Positions 18,402 to 28,833 of a stretch of DNA of 64,000 nt are shown in pieces (position 1 is the stretch's first letter; every line of letters begins with the position of its first letter). The notes under the pieces were generated by a model. That model ran no database searches. It had not been told where the DNA came from and saw nothing but the letters and a program-made list of their open reading frames with translations. The stretch is from contig OZ242296.1 in assembly GCA_965207735.1 (NCBI GenBank), positions 3,200,001 to 3,264,000 of the forward strand, written 5' to 3'. A program made the position numbers and the translations under genes. Source of the stretch: Candidatus Versatilivorator sp. Lineage in GTDB: Bacteria; Acidobacteriota; Terriglobia; Versatilivoradales; Versatilivoraceae.

Positions 18402-19115
18402 TCAACCCTTTTCCACGACCCCGCGCCTCCTGCCGACGCGGTCCATAACGTAGAAAGGCGCGTAGGCCGCCGCGAACAAGAACCAGGCCAGACCCGCCAC
18501 CGACAGCATGTACCAGGGCCAGGGGCCCAAATAGTCCAGCAGGCTGGCTCCGGCCGGTTTGTAGCGCATGTAGACGTAGTTGGTATCGATCAGATAGTTG
18601 AGGGGGAAGATCAGGACAAAGCAGTAGATGGCGGTGATGACGTAGACCCGCACCATCGAGCTTGGAAACGGTCGAAAACGGAAGACCAGGGTTGCGTAGA
18701 GCGCTCCCAGGATGATGAGTCCATGGGTGAAAAAATAGCTCAGGTAGAGGGGATGGGGAAAGGGCTCCTCCAGGTCGGGAGTGAGGATCGCTTGCAGGGT
18801 GCCGCTGAATCCCCAGAAGTAGGCCAGTTCGTAGGACAGGCGGTTCCGCGACAACATCAGCACCGCCGTCGCCATGATGGCGGTGCTGCACAAGTGAAAG
18901 GGAAGCACATCGGCGAATCGGTGATCGTAAACCGTGACCCTGATCCAGGCCTTGACGATTTCGTGAGCCACCACAAAGAGGCCCAGCCCCACCGCCACCT
19001 GGATGCCCCGGCGCTCGGAGCAGCGGCGGCGCACCCACAGGGGCAAAAGCACGCTGACCCCCAGCACCACGGCCACGGTCAGCAGGTGGACAGGACTGAA
19101 GAGAACGAAGTTCAC
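18402..19115 (-). CDS. YwaF/TMEM164-like integral membrane protein
   Basis: LPFHLC, QAILTPDL, YFFTHG, NYLIDTNYVY and LLDYLGPWPWY motifs; about 6 hydrophobic segments. Confidence 0.85.
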   Translation of the reverse strand: MNFVLFSPVHLLTVAVVLGVSVLLPLWVRRRCSERRGIQVAVGLGLFVVAHEIVKAWIRVTVYDHRFADVLPFHLCSTAIMATAVLMLSRNRLSYELAYFWGFSGTLQAILTPDLEEPFPHPLYLSYFFTHGLIILGALYATLVFRFRPFPSSMVRVYVITAIYCFVLIFPLNYLIDTNYVYMRYKPAGASLLDYLGPWPWYMLSVAGLAWFLFAAAYAPFYVMDRVGRRRGVVEKG

Positions 19116-19148
19116 GGTGAAAACGGGGTCACGGTCTGTTGGCTATAG

Positions 19149-19330
19149 GCCTTGCCTGAAACAAACGAAAAAAGACAAAAGAAAAAGAGTTATCCACGAA
19201 GGGACACGAAGAACGACGAAGGACCACTAAGGCGCTGAGGTTGGCCGCGACGGAGTACCAAGTTCACGAAAGGATTGTCGATTTCCGATTGTTTCACTCT
19301 CGTATGATCCGCCCGGCAGGGCGGGGACAC
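19149..19330 (+). repeat. Dispersed ~170-bp repeat (module A)
   Basis: CCTGAAACAA...TTATCCACGAAGGGACACGAAGAACGACGAAGG...CACTAAGGCGCTGAGGTT...GTCGATTTCCGATTGTTTCACTC...GATCCGCCC. Recurs near 35982, 36318 and 36645, and split/inverted at 39961-40158. Confidence 0.9.
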
Positions 19331-19553
19331 GTTTAACCTGGACCCAGCCTAGGCTTTGAGCTCTGCCGGCCCCGACAGCGCTTCCAATGGACCAGAATTC
19401 TCGGAAATATGCAAGGGCTTCCGGCCATGCTGCGCAGCTTCACGCCCCGCGGAGCCGCAACAGGCTCCGTCGAGCGGTGGTTCGTGGTAGGATTCGGAGT
19501 CTGGCAGTCAGCGGGCGCGGCCTGAGATAACTTCTGAACCCGAAGGAAAGCCC

Positions 19554-20312
19554 ATGACGGAACGGGAGAAGGTGGCCATTGTGACCGGAGCCGGAACCGG
19601 GATCGGCAGAGCTGCCTCGACGCACCTGTTGGAGGCAGGCTACCGGGTGGTCCTGGCCGGCCGACGCCGGGAGCCCCTGGAGGTAGTGGCAGCCCAGGCC
19701 GACCCCTCGGCCGATAGGACCCTGGTGGTGCCCACCGACGTGGGGTCCCCTGCCTCCGTCCGCGCCCTGTTCGACCGGTGTCGTGAGAGGTTCGGCCGGC
19801 TCGACCTGCTCTTCAACAACGCGGGAATCGGAGCCCTTCCGAAACTTCTGGAGGACCTGAGTGCGGATGAGTGGCAGGCGGTGGTGGACACCAACCTGAC
19901 CGGCTCCTTCCTCTGCACTCAGCAGGCTTTTGAAATCATGAAGAGCCAGACACCCCGGGGCGGTCGTATCATCAACAATGGCTCCGTCTCGGCCCAGGTG
20001 CCTCGACCCAACTCGGCTCCCTACACCGCCACCAAGCACGCCATCACCGGTTTGACCCGCTCCACCTCGCTGGATGGGCGCAAGTACGATATCGCCTGCA
20101 GCCAGATCGACATCGGCAACGCCGCCACTCCCATGACGGCCAAGTCCAAAGACGGCGCGCTCCAGGCTCACGGGGCCGTCGTGGTGGAGCCCACCATGGA
20201 TGCCGACCACGTGGCCCGCGCGGTGGTCTACATCGCCGAACTGCCGCTGGACGCCAACGTGCAGTTCATGACCGTGATGGCCACCAAGATGCCCTACATC
20301 GGTAGAGGGTAA
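19554..20312 (+). CDS. Short-chain dehydrogenase/reductase
   Basis: [12 protein letters not shown] and YTATK motifs. Confidence 0.95.
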   Translation: MTEREKVAIVTGAGTGIGRAASTHLLEAGYRVVLAGRRREPLEVVAAQADPSADRTLVVPTDVGSPASVRALFDRCRERFGRLDLLFNNAGIGALPKLLEDLSADEWQAVVDTNLTGSFLCTQQAFEIMKSQTPRGGRIINNGSVSAQVPRPNSAPYTATKHAITGLTRSTSLDGRKYDIACSQIDIGNAATPMTAKSKDGALQAHGAVVVEPTMDADHVARAVVYIAELPLDANVQFMTVMATKMPYIGRG

Positions 20313-20328
20313 AGGAAGGGAGTACACC

Positions 20329-20706
20329 ATGGCGGATTCGACCAACCCGGTTCACTGGTTCGAGATTTCAGTCAACGACATGGACCGGGCCAGCAAGTTC
20401 TACGAAAACGTGCTGGAAATCCAGCTCGGCCTCCACCAGGTGGAGTCCACCCTGATGGCCTGGTTCCCCACGACCGAGGGAGGTGCCGGATGCAGCGGCG
20501 CGCTGCTCAAATCAGAGGGGCGAACGCCCTCCCACGACGGAACCATGATCTACTTTTCGGTCCCGGACATCGAAGCGGTGCTGGCCAGGGTGGAGGCCAA
20601 CGGCGGCAGGACGCTCACCCCCAAAACCGATATCGGGGAGTATGGTTTCTACGCCTACTTTGAAGACACCGAGGGGAACCGCGTGGGCGTGCACTCGTCG
20701 GCCTGA
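20329..20706 (+). CDS. VOC/glyoxalase family protein
   Basis: VHWFEI...FYENV...IYFSVPDI...GG...FEDTEGN; RBS AAGGGAG. Confidence 0.92.
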   Translation: MADSTNPVHWFEISVNDMDRASKFYENVLEIQLGLHQVESTLMAWFPTTEGGAGCSGALLKSEGRTPSHDGTMIYFSVPDIEAVLARVEANGGRTLTPKTDIGEYGFYAYFEDTEGNRVGVHSSA

Positions 20707-20841
20707 GCGGGAGGCGCGGGCGCCCTGGAGCGGCCGAACCGAGCAGAAGTTTATTGAATCGCAGCCTCCGCGCCCGTGGCAGGCCCGAAAGCGCTGATCC
20801 CAGGAAAACCCGTCAGGATAAATCAACTCAGGAGGAAACCC

Positions 20842-21597
20842 GTGGCCCGTCCAACCGATCAAGAGCTGATTGAAGAACTGCGCAAGTTCGACACTCCCTC
20901 CATCACCAACGTGGTGGCGACCTATCCCGGCCATCCCCTCTGCCTGGGACTTTACAATCCCTGGACCGAGAACTGGTACACGGATCAATCCATACGCTGC
21001 ATGTTTCCGGAGCTGGGCCCAATCGTCGGCTACGCGGTCACCTGCGTCCACGGGTTGCCCGACCCCAGCTACGACTGCCTGAGTCTGGCCGACCTGGTGG
21101 AAGCCCTGGGCAAGTCCAGAAAACCCACCATCCTGGCCTTCCAGCAGAAATTCCCTCCCGAAGTGGCCGGCAAGGTGGGACTGGCCGGAGGCGTCCTGAC
21201 CACCACTCTCAAGGCTGTCGGGTGCGTGGGGGCCATCTCCAACGGCCCCTCCCGCGACATCGACGAGATCCGTCCCATGAAGTTCCAGTACCTGCTCAGC
21301 GGAACCACGCCCGGACACGGACACATGGCTTTTCGCGCCATCAACGTGCCGGTATCGGTGGCGGGCATGGACGTAGCTCCGGGAGAGATCATCCACATGG
21401 ATGAAAACGGCGCCTGCAAGTTTCCCGCCGACCGTCTGGAAGACGTCCTGAACAACGTTCGGGCGCTGCAGAAGGAGGAAGCGGTCCGAATGGACCTCCT
21501 GAACCAGGCCAGGACAACCGAGGAGGTGCTGGATATCGTGAGGCAGAATCCCTACGGCGCGACCAAGGACGGAGATTCGGGCGGTTCGAAGCCGTGA
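20842..21597 (+). CDS. RraA-like / HMG aldolase family protein
   Basis: GTG 20842 follows AGGAGG; motifs GPIVGYAVT, GAISNGPSRDIDEI and VAPGEIIHMDENG. Confidence 0.85.
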   Translation: MARPTDQELIEELRKFDTPSITNVVATYPGHPLCLGLYNPWTENWYTDQSIRCMFPELGPIVGYAVTCVHGLPDPSYDCLSLADLVEALGKSRKPTILAFQQKFPPEVAGKVGLAGGVLTTTLKAVGCVGAISNGPSRDIDEIRPMKFQYLLSGTTPGHGHMAFRAINVPVSVAGMDVAPGEIIHMDENGACKFPADRLEDVLNNVRALQKEEAVRMDLLNQARTTEEVLDIVRQNPYGATKDGDSGGSKP

Positions 21598-21699
21598 CCG
21601 ATCGGGTCGGGGGTCGGTCAGCGCAATCGAGGGCTCCGGTGCAGGCTTGCAACCCATTGCCGATGTTCGAATGCGGCCGGAACCGGAAGTAAAAATCCC

Positions 21700-22770
21700 A
21701 TGGATGCAATGGAACAACTTGGCCTGGGGCTGGGAGGACTGCCGCTGCTGAGCCGGGCGCGCACCCGTTCGGTATCCCCGGAGAATCCCGGAGGGGAGAA
21801 GGGACGGGGCGGGATGGCGGCGCCCGATCCGGCGAGCCTGCCCTTCAGCGAAGCGGCCAGCGACCTGGGACAGGGATGGAAGGTCAGTCCCTTCTACAAG
21901 GTGAAACCCGGTGAGACCCTGACCCTGATGGACGTCGAGGGGCCTGGCCTGATCCAGCACATCTGGCTGGTGGCCGATCCCGCCAAGGGACGCTCCCACG
22001 TCCTGCGCTTCTACTGGGACGGGGAGGAGACACCCTCCATCGAAACCCCCGTCTCCGACTTCTTTGCCGTGGGCCACAACCGGTTCGCCCCGGTGAACTC
22101 CCTGGCCGTGACCGTCAACCCCAAGTCGGCCTTCAACTGTTATTGGCCCATGCCCTTCCGCCGCCGGGCCAGGATCAGCTTCACCAACGAAGACCAGGAG
22201 GAGCTGGGGCTTCTCACCTACCAGATCACCTATGCCGAGACCGAGGTCCCCGAGGGCGCCGGTTATCTGCACGCCCAGTGGCGGCGGGCCGTCACCGACC
22301 GCGACCATCCCGAATACGTCATCGTGGACGACGTCCGCGGGCAGGGCAAGTACGCCGGGACCTTCCTGGCCTGGACCCAGTTGTCGGACGGGTGGTTCGG
22401 CGAAGGAGAGATCAAGTTCTTCATTGACGGGGACGGGGAGTTCCCCACCATCTGCGGCACCGGCACCGAGGACTACTTTTGCGGAAGCTTCGGGTTCCCC
22501 GAGACCTACAGCACAGCCTACGCCGGCAACGTGCTCAAGCATCCCGGCGAAGACGGACCACCCAAGTGGAGCCTCTACCGATGGCACATCAGGGACCCCG
22601 TCTGCTTCCAGCAGGACCTGCGCGTGACCATCCAGGCACTGGGCTGGTGGCCCAACGGCAAGTACCAGCCGCTGGCCGATGACATCGCCTCGGTGGCCTA
22701 CTGGTACCAGGCCGAACCGCACCTGCCGTTTCCGGAGTTGCCCGGGCTGGCGCAGCGCTGGCCGCGCTGA
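21700..22770 (+). CDS. DUF2961 / glycoside hydrolase family 172-like protein
   Basis: SPENPGGEKGRGG, GPGLIQHIW, YWPMPF, WFGEGEIKFFIDGD, GTGTEDYF and YRWHIRDP. Confidence 0.9.
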   Translation: MDAMEQLGLGLGGLPLLSRARTRSVSPENPGGEKGRGGMAAPDPASLPFSEAASDLGQGWKVSPFYKVKPGETLTLMDVEGPGLIQHIWLVADPAKGRSHVLRFYWDGEETPSIETPVSDFFAVGHNRFAPVNSLAVTVNPKSAFNCYWPMPFRRRARISFTNEDQEELGLLTYQITYAETEVPEGAGYLHAQWRRAVTDRDHPEYVIVDDVRGQGKYAGTFLAWTQLSDGWFGEGEIKFFIDGDGEFPTICGTGTEDYFCGSFGFPETYSTAYAGNVLKHPGEDGPPKWSLYRWHIRDPVCFQQDLRVTIQALGWWPNGKYQPLADDIASVAYWYQAEPHLPFPELPGLAQRWPR

Positions 22771-22867
22771 TCGCGGACAGTGCCCGAGCGGGCGTAGTTG
22801 GGCGTCGCCGGGAGGCAACCGAAACGGCAACCACTGAACCAAGGAACCAACCCGCAAGGAGTTCGAC

Positions 22868-23728
22868 ATGGCTCAACTGACCCTGGCCACCTGCCAGTTC
22901 GAGATCCAGACCCAGGTCGGAAAGAACCTCCGGTCCATCACCCGGCAGATGAAGCAGGCCAAGTCCAAGGGGGCCCACCTGGTTCACTTCTCGGAGGCCT
23001 GTCTGACCGGCTACCTGGGGAGCGAGCTCAAGTCCGTCCGGGAAATGGACTGGGAAGCTGTTTCCTCCGCCATGGAAGAAATCATGGCGCTGGCGGGAGA
23101 ACTGGGTCTGTGGGTGGTGGTGGGATCCAACCACCGACTGTCGGGCCGGCACAAGCCCCACAACTCGCTCTACGTGGTGAGCGATAGGGGACGCCTGGTC
23201 AACCGCTACGACAAGATGTTCTGCACCGGAGACCACGACGACGACGGCGACCTTCACCACTACAGCCCCGGTCAGGCCTTTGTGACCTTCCAGGTGCAGA
23301 ATGTGGTTTGTGGACTGCTGATCTGTCACGACTTTCGCTACCCCGAGCTGTTTCGCCAGTACAAGCGGCTCGGGGTCCAACTCATGCTGGTCTCCTTCCA
23401 CAATGCCGGCGGCAGCCTGCAGAGCTATCACAACTACAACACCTGGGTTTCGACCACCATTCAGGCCGCGGCCGCCAGCAACTATTATGCGATCAGCGCC
23501 AACAACGGCACCCGCCGCCACGCCTGGCCAAGCTTTGTGGTGAATGCCGAGGGACTGGTGGTCGACCGGGCCCGACCCCACCGCCCGGCGGTCCTGATCA
23601 ACCCCATCGACACTGAACTGGAGCTGTACGACGCCTCCAAGGCCTGGCGGGACCGCTGCATGCAGGGAACCCTTCACAGTGGGACCCTCACCCGGGATCC
23701 GCGGTCCAGCGAACGGATCCGGGTCTGA
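22868..23728 (+). CDS. Carbon-nitrogen hydrolase (nitrilase superfamily)
   Basis: E-K-C triad in FSEA, YDKMF and LICHDFRYPE. Confidence 0.92.
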   Translation: MAQLTLATCQFEIQTQVGKNLRSITRQMKQAKSKGAHLVHFSEACLTGYLGSELKSVREMDWEAVSSAMEEIMALAGELGLWVVVGSNHRLSGRHKPHNSLYVVSDRGRLVNRYDKMFCTGDHDDDGDLHHYSPGQAFVTFQVQNVVCGLLICHDFRYPELFRQYKRLGVQLMLVSFHNAGGSLQSYHNYNTWVSTTIQAAAASNYYAISANNGTRRHAWPSFVVNAEGLVVDRARPHRPAVLINPIDTELELYDASKAWRDRCMQGTLHSGTLTRDPRSSERIRV

Positions 23729-23744
23729 CCCAGACCGGCCAGGA

Positions 23745-26153
23745 ATGCGACTCCAACTCCACACCACGCCCGCCCGTCGAACGGGCTTGATTTGGCTCTG
23801 CCTGACCTTGGGTCTGCTCCTCCTGCCGGTGGCTTTTCGCCCGGGTTCGGCCGGGGCAAACCGGAACGAACCCAACGCCCTGCAACAACTCAAGAGCCGA
23901 TGGCAGTCGGTGCCCTCGCGGGTGGTCGGCTCCCCCGACCCACCTCCCCCCTACCGGGTGGTGCGGGCCTTCCCCAAGCTCTCGCTGACCAACCCGGTGG
24001 TGGTGGTGAAGGAGCCGGGGAGCCAAAGCTTGTGGTTCATCGACCAGGACCCCGGGAAAGCCGAGCCCCGGCTGTGCCGGACCACCGGAGACCCGGCTGG
24101 CGGCGCCTACGAAGTCCTGCACCACTTCGGGAAATCCCTGGCCTACAGCATCGCCTTCCATCCCGCCTTCCAGGAGAACGGCCACCTCTTCATCGGCAGC
24201 AACGACCGGGTTGCGGACCGCGACAAGCGCGTTCGCATCACACGCTACCGGGTGGACCGCGCCCCGCCCCACCATTTCCAATCCGACTCGGCCGAGGTGA
24301 TCATCGAATGGAAGTCCAACGGACACGACGGCGCCGCCATCGCCTTCAGTCCCGAGGGGCTGATGTACGTCACCTCCGGCGACGGGACCAGCGATTCCGA
24401 CACCATTCTCATGGGCCAGGGACTGGACCACCTGCTGGCCAAGGTGCTGCGCATCGACGTGGACCGCCCGGACCCGGGGCGCCTCTACTCGGTGCCTCCG
24501 GACAATCCGTTCGTCGCAATGGAGGGAGCCCGCCCCGAAACCTGGGCCTACGGGTTTCGCAACCCCTGGCGCATGTCGGTGGACCCCGGCACCGGGCATG
24601 TATGGGTGGGCAACAACGGACAGGACCTCTGGGAACAGGTCTACCTGGTGAAACGAGGAGCCAACTACGGCTGGAGCGTCTACGAGGGCAGCCACATCTT
24701 CTACGCCAACCGCGAACTGGGGCCGACCCCGGTTTCCAAGCCCCTGCTGGAACACCCGCATTCCGAAGCACGCTCCATGACCGGCGGCCTGGTCTACTAC
24801 GGCTCCCGGTTCCCGGAACTGCGGGGAGCCTACATCTACGGCGACTATTCCACCGGCAAGATCTGGGGCGCCCGGGTGGAGGGCCGGAAAGTTGTCTGGC
24901 ACAATGAGCTGGCAGATACCTCCCTGGCTATCGTCGCCTTCGAGGTGGACGCTGACGGCAACCTGCTGGTGCTCGACTATCGAGACCAGGGAAAAGGGGG
25001 GCTCTATTCCCTGGAACCCAACCACGCCCCCGACAGCAGCGACCAGTTCCCCCGGCGCCTGAGCCAGACCGGGCTGTTTGCCTCGGTCGCGGGCCACCGC
25101 TTGACGCCCGGCATGATCCCCTACTCGGTGAACGCCCCCCTGTGGTCGGACGGCGCCTTCAAGGAACGGTCTCTCTATCTTCCGCTCCCCGGAGGTAAGG
25201 ACGAAGGGCAGAGCCAGGCCGGCGCCGACATGACTTCCAACGTAGGCTGGAGCTTTCCGGACCGGACGGTGCTGGTCAAGTCGTTCGGATTCGACTCGGA
25301 AAGCGGCGACGGCCGCGAGCGGCGTTGGATCGAGACTCGCCTGCTGACCCGGCAGCAGGGAGAATGGGTCGGCTATTCCTATGCCTGGAACCGGGAACAG
25401 ACCGAAGCCCGCCTGGTGGGGCGCGAAGGACTGGACGCCTCCGTCGAGATCAGCCTGGCCGAAGGCGGGAAGCGCCGGCTGGACTGGCGCTTCCCCAGCC
25501 GGAGCGAATGCATGGTCTGCCACAGCCGAGCCGCCAACTTCGTCCTGGGGCTGGCGACGCTCCAGATGAATAAGGAACACGACTATGGAGGGGTGACGGC
25601 CAACCAGTTGGAGGCGCTACACTACCTGGGAGTGCTGAAGCCGGCCTGGTCGGACGAGGACAAGCAGTCCCTGAGAAAGCGGTTGCAGGAGAGCGGGGTC
25701 AACCGCTACCGGCTGGACTCGCGGGTGGAGGCAATCACGGCCGCCGGCTTCGATCGGGCGGTGTTGCCGGCCGAGCTGTCCTTTCACTGGTCGGCAGCTT
25801 TCCCCCGCCTGGTCGATCCCTACGACCCGCGGGCAGACCTGCAGGCCCGGGCCCGCTCCTACCTGCACTCCAACTGCGCCCAGTGCCACGTGCAGGCCGG
25901 CGGAGGCAACTCCCAGATCTCACTGGAGTTCAGCAAGAGCCTGGAAGACATGAGGATGCTGGACCTGGAACCCCTGCACCACAAGTTCGACATCCCCGAC
26001 GCCAGGCTGGTGGCTCCCGGCGATCCGGCCCGCTCCGTCCTGCTCCACCGCATGGCCACCCGCGGCCGGGGCAAGATGCCTCAACTGGCTACTTCAGTGG
26101 TGGATCGTCGGGCTGTCGAGCTGATTCGCGAGTGGATCCGCCGGATGGAGTAA
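23745..26153 (+). CDS. PQQ-dependent glucose/sorbosone dehydrogenase beta-propeller fused to a C-terminal diheme cytochrome c region
   Basis: Motifs HDGAAIAF, SGDG, KVLRIDVD, PPDNPF, YGFRNPWR and GANYGW; then YSVNAPLWSDG, CMVCH and CAQCH. Signal-like N-terminus; start codon uncertain. Confidence 0.88.
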   Translation: MRLQLHTTPARRTGLIWLCLTLGLLLLPVAFRPGSAGANRNEPNALQQLKSRWQSVPSRVVGSPDPPPPYRVVRAFPKLSLTNPVVVVKEPGSQSLWFIDQDPGKAEPRLCRTTGDPAGGAYEVLHHFGKSLAYSIAFHPAFQENGHLFIGSNDRVADRDKRVRITRYRVDRAPPHHFQSDSAEVIIEWKSNGHDGAAIAFSPEGLMYVTSGDGTSDSDTILMGQGLDHLLAKVLRIDVDRPDPGRLYSVPPDNPFVAMEGARPETWAYGFRNPWRMSVDPGTGHVWVGNNGQDLWEQVYLVKRGANYGWSVYEGSHIFYANRELGPTPVSKPLLEHPHSEARSMTGGLVYYGSRFPELRGAYIYGDYSTGKIWGARVEGRKVVWHNELADTSLAIVAFEVDADGNLLVLDYRDQGKGGLYSLEPNHAPDSSDQFPRRLSQTGLFASVAGHRLTPGMIPYSVNAPLWSDGAFKERSLYLPLPGGKDEGQSQAGADMTSNVGWSFPDRTVLVKSFGFDSESGDGRERRWIETRLLTRQQGEWVGYSYAWNREQTEARLVGREGLDASVEISLAEGGKRRLDWRFPSRSECMVCHSRAANFVLGLATLQMNKEHDYGGVTANQLEALHYLGVLKPAWSDEDKQSLRKRLQESGVNRYRLDSRVEAITAAGFDRAVLPAELSFHWSAAFPRLVDPYDPRADLQARARSYLHSNCAQCHVQAGGGNSQISLEFSKSLEDMRMLDLEPLHHKFDIPDARLVAPGDPARSVLLHRMATRGRGKMPQLATSVVDRRAVELIREWIRRME

Positions 26154-26169
26154 GCACGGATCCCGGCGA

Positions 26170-26931
26170 GTGAGCATGATTGATATGTCAGGATTCGACA
26201 TCATCGCCGTCGCTTGGGCCGCCCTGGCGATCCCGGTCTTCATCTACAGCCTGGTGGGGACCGACCACGTCGGCCGCACCGGTGGAAACCCTTCCGGCCC
26301 GCGGGTGGCGGCACGCTGGGGCTGGGTTGTCATGGAACTGCCGGCGCTGTGCGTGCTGCCGGCAGTGTACCTCTCGGCCGGTAATCGGCATCCGGTGGCC
26401 GACCTGCTGGTCTCCGCCTGGGTGATCCACTACGCCCACCGGACCCTGGTGTGGCCCTGGATCGTGCCGCGCTACAGCCGGCCAATGCCGGTCGCTACCT
26501 GCTCCTCGGGCTTCGTCTTCAATGTCGTCAACGGCCTCCTCATCGGCTGGTTCCTGGGCTACGCGGCAGACTATCCGCGGGAACGGCTGCTGGACGGCCG
26601 CTTCATCGCCGGTGCGGCCGCGTTCCTGATGGGAGCGGCCCTGAACGTGACCTCCGACTACCGCCTGGCACATATGCGCCGGCAGCAGCAGGGGCGCTAC
26701 CTCGTCCCTCGCGGCGGCGCCTTCAGGTTCCTGTCATCGCCGAACCTGACGGGAGAGATGGTCGAGTGGATCGGGTTTGCGCTCATGGCCTGGTCGCTGC
26801 CGGCGCTGGCATTCGCCCTGTGGACCGCCGCCAACCTGATTCCCCGCGCGCTCTGGCGGCACCGCTGGTACCGCCGGACCTTCCCCGACTACCCGTGCTC
26901 CCGCCGCGCGGTCATCCCCGGCGTCTTGTGA
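26170..26931 (+). CDS. Steroid 5-alpha-reductase (3-oxo-5-alpha-steroid 4-dehydrogenase) family membrane protein
   Basis: WVVMELPA, HYAHR, FNVVNG, SDYRL, PRGGAF..SPNLTGEMVEW, ANLIPRA and HRWYRRTFPDYP..RRAVIP. Confidence 0.88.
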   Translation: MSMIDMSGFDIIAVAWAALAIPVFIYSLVGTDHVGRTGGNPSGPRVAARWGWVVMELPALCVLPAVYLSAGNRHPVADLLVSAWVIHYAHRTLVWPWIVPRYSRPMPVATCSSGFVFNVVNGLLIGWFLGYAADYPRERLLDGRFIAGAAAFLMGAALNVTSDYRLAHMRRQQQGRYLVPRGGAFRFLSSPNLTGEMVEWIGFALMAWSLPALAFALWTAANLIPRALWRHRWYRRTFPDYPCSRRAVIPGVL

Positions 26932-27140
26932 GGCCGACTTCCCGTCAAGGGAGGAGTGATTCGCCTGATGAGGGTCGATATGGATAAGGATGCGGGCGGG
27001 ACACCCGCGCTCCGAGGCGATGTCCAATCACACCCGCGTTGAGGAGGAACTGCAGAAGCCGAGTTGGAAGACAACCGATTGAAAGTCCCATCCATGACCG
27101 AACCACCAAACGATTCAGCGGACGGAGGCAGGTATCCCGC

Positions 27141-28088
27141 TTACTTGCCCCTGGAAGGTGGAGAACCGGTGGCGTCGCCCTGCTTGATGATGTTCATGGC
27201 CATGGCCACCATGGAGCCCACGTCGCTCACCGACGCCGGCATGATCAGGCTGTTGCCTTCCTTGGCCAGCTTGCCGAATTCGGCGATGTATTGCTCGGCC
27301 ACCCGCAGTTGGAGGGCCTGATCGCCGCCGGGGGCCTGTATGGCTTCGGCCACCTTGACGATCCCTTCGGCGGTGGCGGCGGCCACGCTGCGAATGGCGG
27401 CCGCTTCTCCTTCGGCTTCGTTGATCTGCTGGGTGCGATTGGCCTCCGAATTCTTGATGACTTCCTGCTTACTGCCCTCGGCCTCGTTGATGGCCGCGTC
27501 CCGAATGCCCTCGGAATTCAGAATGACCGCTCGCTTTTCCCGTTCGGCCCGCATCTGCTTTTCCATGGCCTCCAGAACATCCCGGGGGGGCTTGATGTTC
27601 TTGATTTCGTAACGCAGGACCTTCACGCCCCAGGGGTCGGAAGCCTTGTCCAGTTCGCTCACCACCGAGGTATTGATGTTGGTCCGCTCTTCAAAGGTGC
27701 GGTCCAGCTCGATCTTGCCCACTTCGCTGCGCAGGGTGGTTTGAGCCAGTTGGGAGATGGCGAAGATAAAGTTGGTGATGCCGTAGGAAGCTCTCTCCGC
27801 GTTGAGCACCTTGAGGTAGAGGACGCCATCCACCGAGACCTGGACATTGTCGCGAGTGATGCAGATCTGCTCGGGGATGTCTATGGCGACTTCCTTCAGG
27901 GAATGCCGGTAGCGGATGACATCCAGGAAGGGAATGAGAATATGGAACCCCGCGTTGAGCGTGCCGCTGTACCGCCCCAGCCGCTCCACGATATAGGCGC
28001 TCTGCTGGGGAACCACCACGGCCGTCTTGGCCAGAATGAACAGCACCAGCACCGCCAGCAGAAAGAGTACGATCAACCCTGCGTCCAT
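27141..28088 (-). CDS. SPFH/band 7 (paraslipin, QmcA-like) protein
   Basis: VERLGRY, QICITRDNV, QTTLRSEVG, WGVKVLRYEI and QMRAEREKRA. Confidence 0.95.
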   Translation of the reverse strand: MDAGLIVLFLLAVLVLFILAKTAVVVPQQSAYIVERLGRYSGTLNAGFHILIPFLDVIRYRHSLKEVAIDIPEQICITRDNVQVSVDGVLYLKVLNAERASYGITNFIFAISQLAQTTLRSEVGKIELDRTFEERTNINTSVVSELDKASDPWGVKVLRYEIKNIKPPRDVLEAMEKQMRAEREKRAVILNSEGIRDAAINEAEGSKQEVIKNSEANRTQQINEAEGEAAAIRSVAAATAEGIVKVAEAIQAPGGDQALQLRVAEQYIAEFGKLAKEGNSLIMPASVSDVGSMVAMAMNIIKQGDATGSPPSRGK

Positions 28089-28567
28089 TAGCTTTTTCCT
28101 CCATTTACCCGTTCAAATGAGTAGGGTTTGCGAACCCACAACACCACGCCCTCGACGCGGTCGACCTTACAGCTCTCCGCCTGGGTGATAGGCTCCGGCC
28201 CCACGTTCTTGGCCCTCCAGGAAGTCCCGCGCAGCTCGACCTGTCCGTATCCGTCCACCGCGATGTTCTCCAGAGACTGGGCCGTTTGGCCCACCAGGTC
28301 GTTGACCGGCTGAGCGGGAGCGACCCGCCTCATCCTTTCCTGCAAGCGCCCCCTCAACAACAGCAGGCTGCCGATGGAGAGCAGGGAAAAGAGCAGCCAT
28401 TGCAACCAGGCCGGCCCCTCCAGCCCCACGACCGCCAGCAGGCCCACCAGCACGGCACCCACACCGAAGAACAAGAGGTAAAAGCCGGTGGGAGTGACCA
28501 GTTCCAGAAACAGGAGCGCAAGCCCCAACAGCACCCAGAACCACCAGGTCGTTGCCCAACCGTCCAT
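28088..28567 (-). CDS. NfeD family membrane protein, partner of the SPFH gene
   Basis: Three hydrophobic segments followed by an OB-fold-like GQVELRGTSWRA region; translationally coupled to the SPFH gene. Confidence 0.9.
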   Translation of the reverse strand: MDGWATTWWFWVLLGLALLFLELVTPTGFYLLFFGVGAVLVGLLAVVGLEGPAWLQWLLFSLLSIGSLLLLRGRLQERMRRVAPAQPVNDLVGQTAQSLENIAVDGYGQVELRGTSWRAKNVGPEPITQAESCKVDRVEGVVLWVRKPYSFERVNGGKS

Positions 28568-28749
28568 CGCAAACCTCTCGGCAACCCGCCTCTGTTGGCG
28601 CGGAAAAGAAGCGAAGAGACCATACCATTTTCTCTCGCCTGGAGGCCAGTGGAGAGCGGGTTATTCCTCTCCACCGAGAGCCTTCGCCGCGGAAACTCCC
28701 TGATTCCCCATGGTCAGGCCCTTCCTTTGGAAGACTGCAGAGTTATATG

Positions 28750-28778
28750 TTGAAAATGATATTCATGTTCACTATAAT
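28750..28778 (+). promoter_or_regulatory. Sigma70 promoter overlapped by a Fur-box-like palindrome
   Basis: TTGAAA (28750-28755), 17-bp spacer, TATAAT (28773-28778). GAAAATGATATTCATGTTC (28752-28770) matches the Fur consensus GATAATGATAATCATTATC at 15 of 19 positions. Confidence 0.75.
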
Positions 28779-28833
28779 GCTGCTCCCCGCGGAAAGCGGC
28801 TTCATGGTTTTTTCGATTAGCGGAGGTATCAGA

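Noticed and set aside
20512-22869. Long antisense ORFs (785 aa here; also 11863-13419, 23688-25580, 31591-33558, 42494-44002, 59186-60613)
   Set aside because: They are shadows of high-GC genes on the opposite strand and carry no recognisable motifs.
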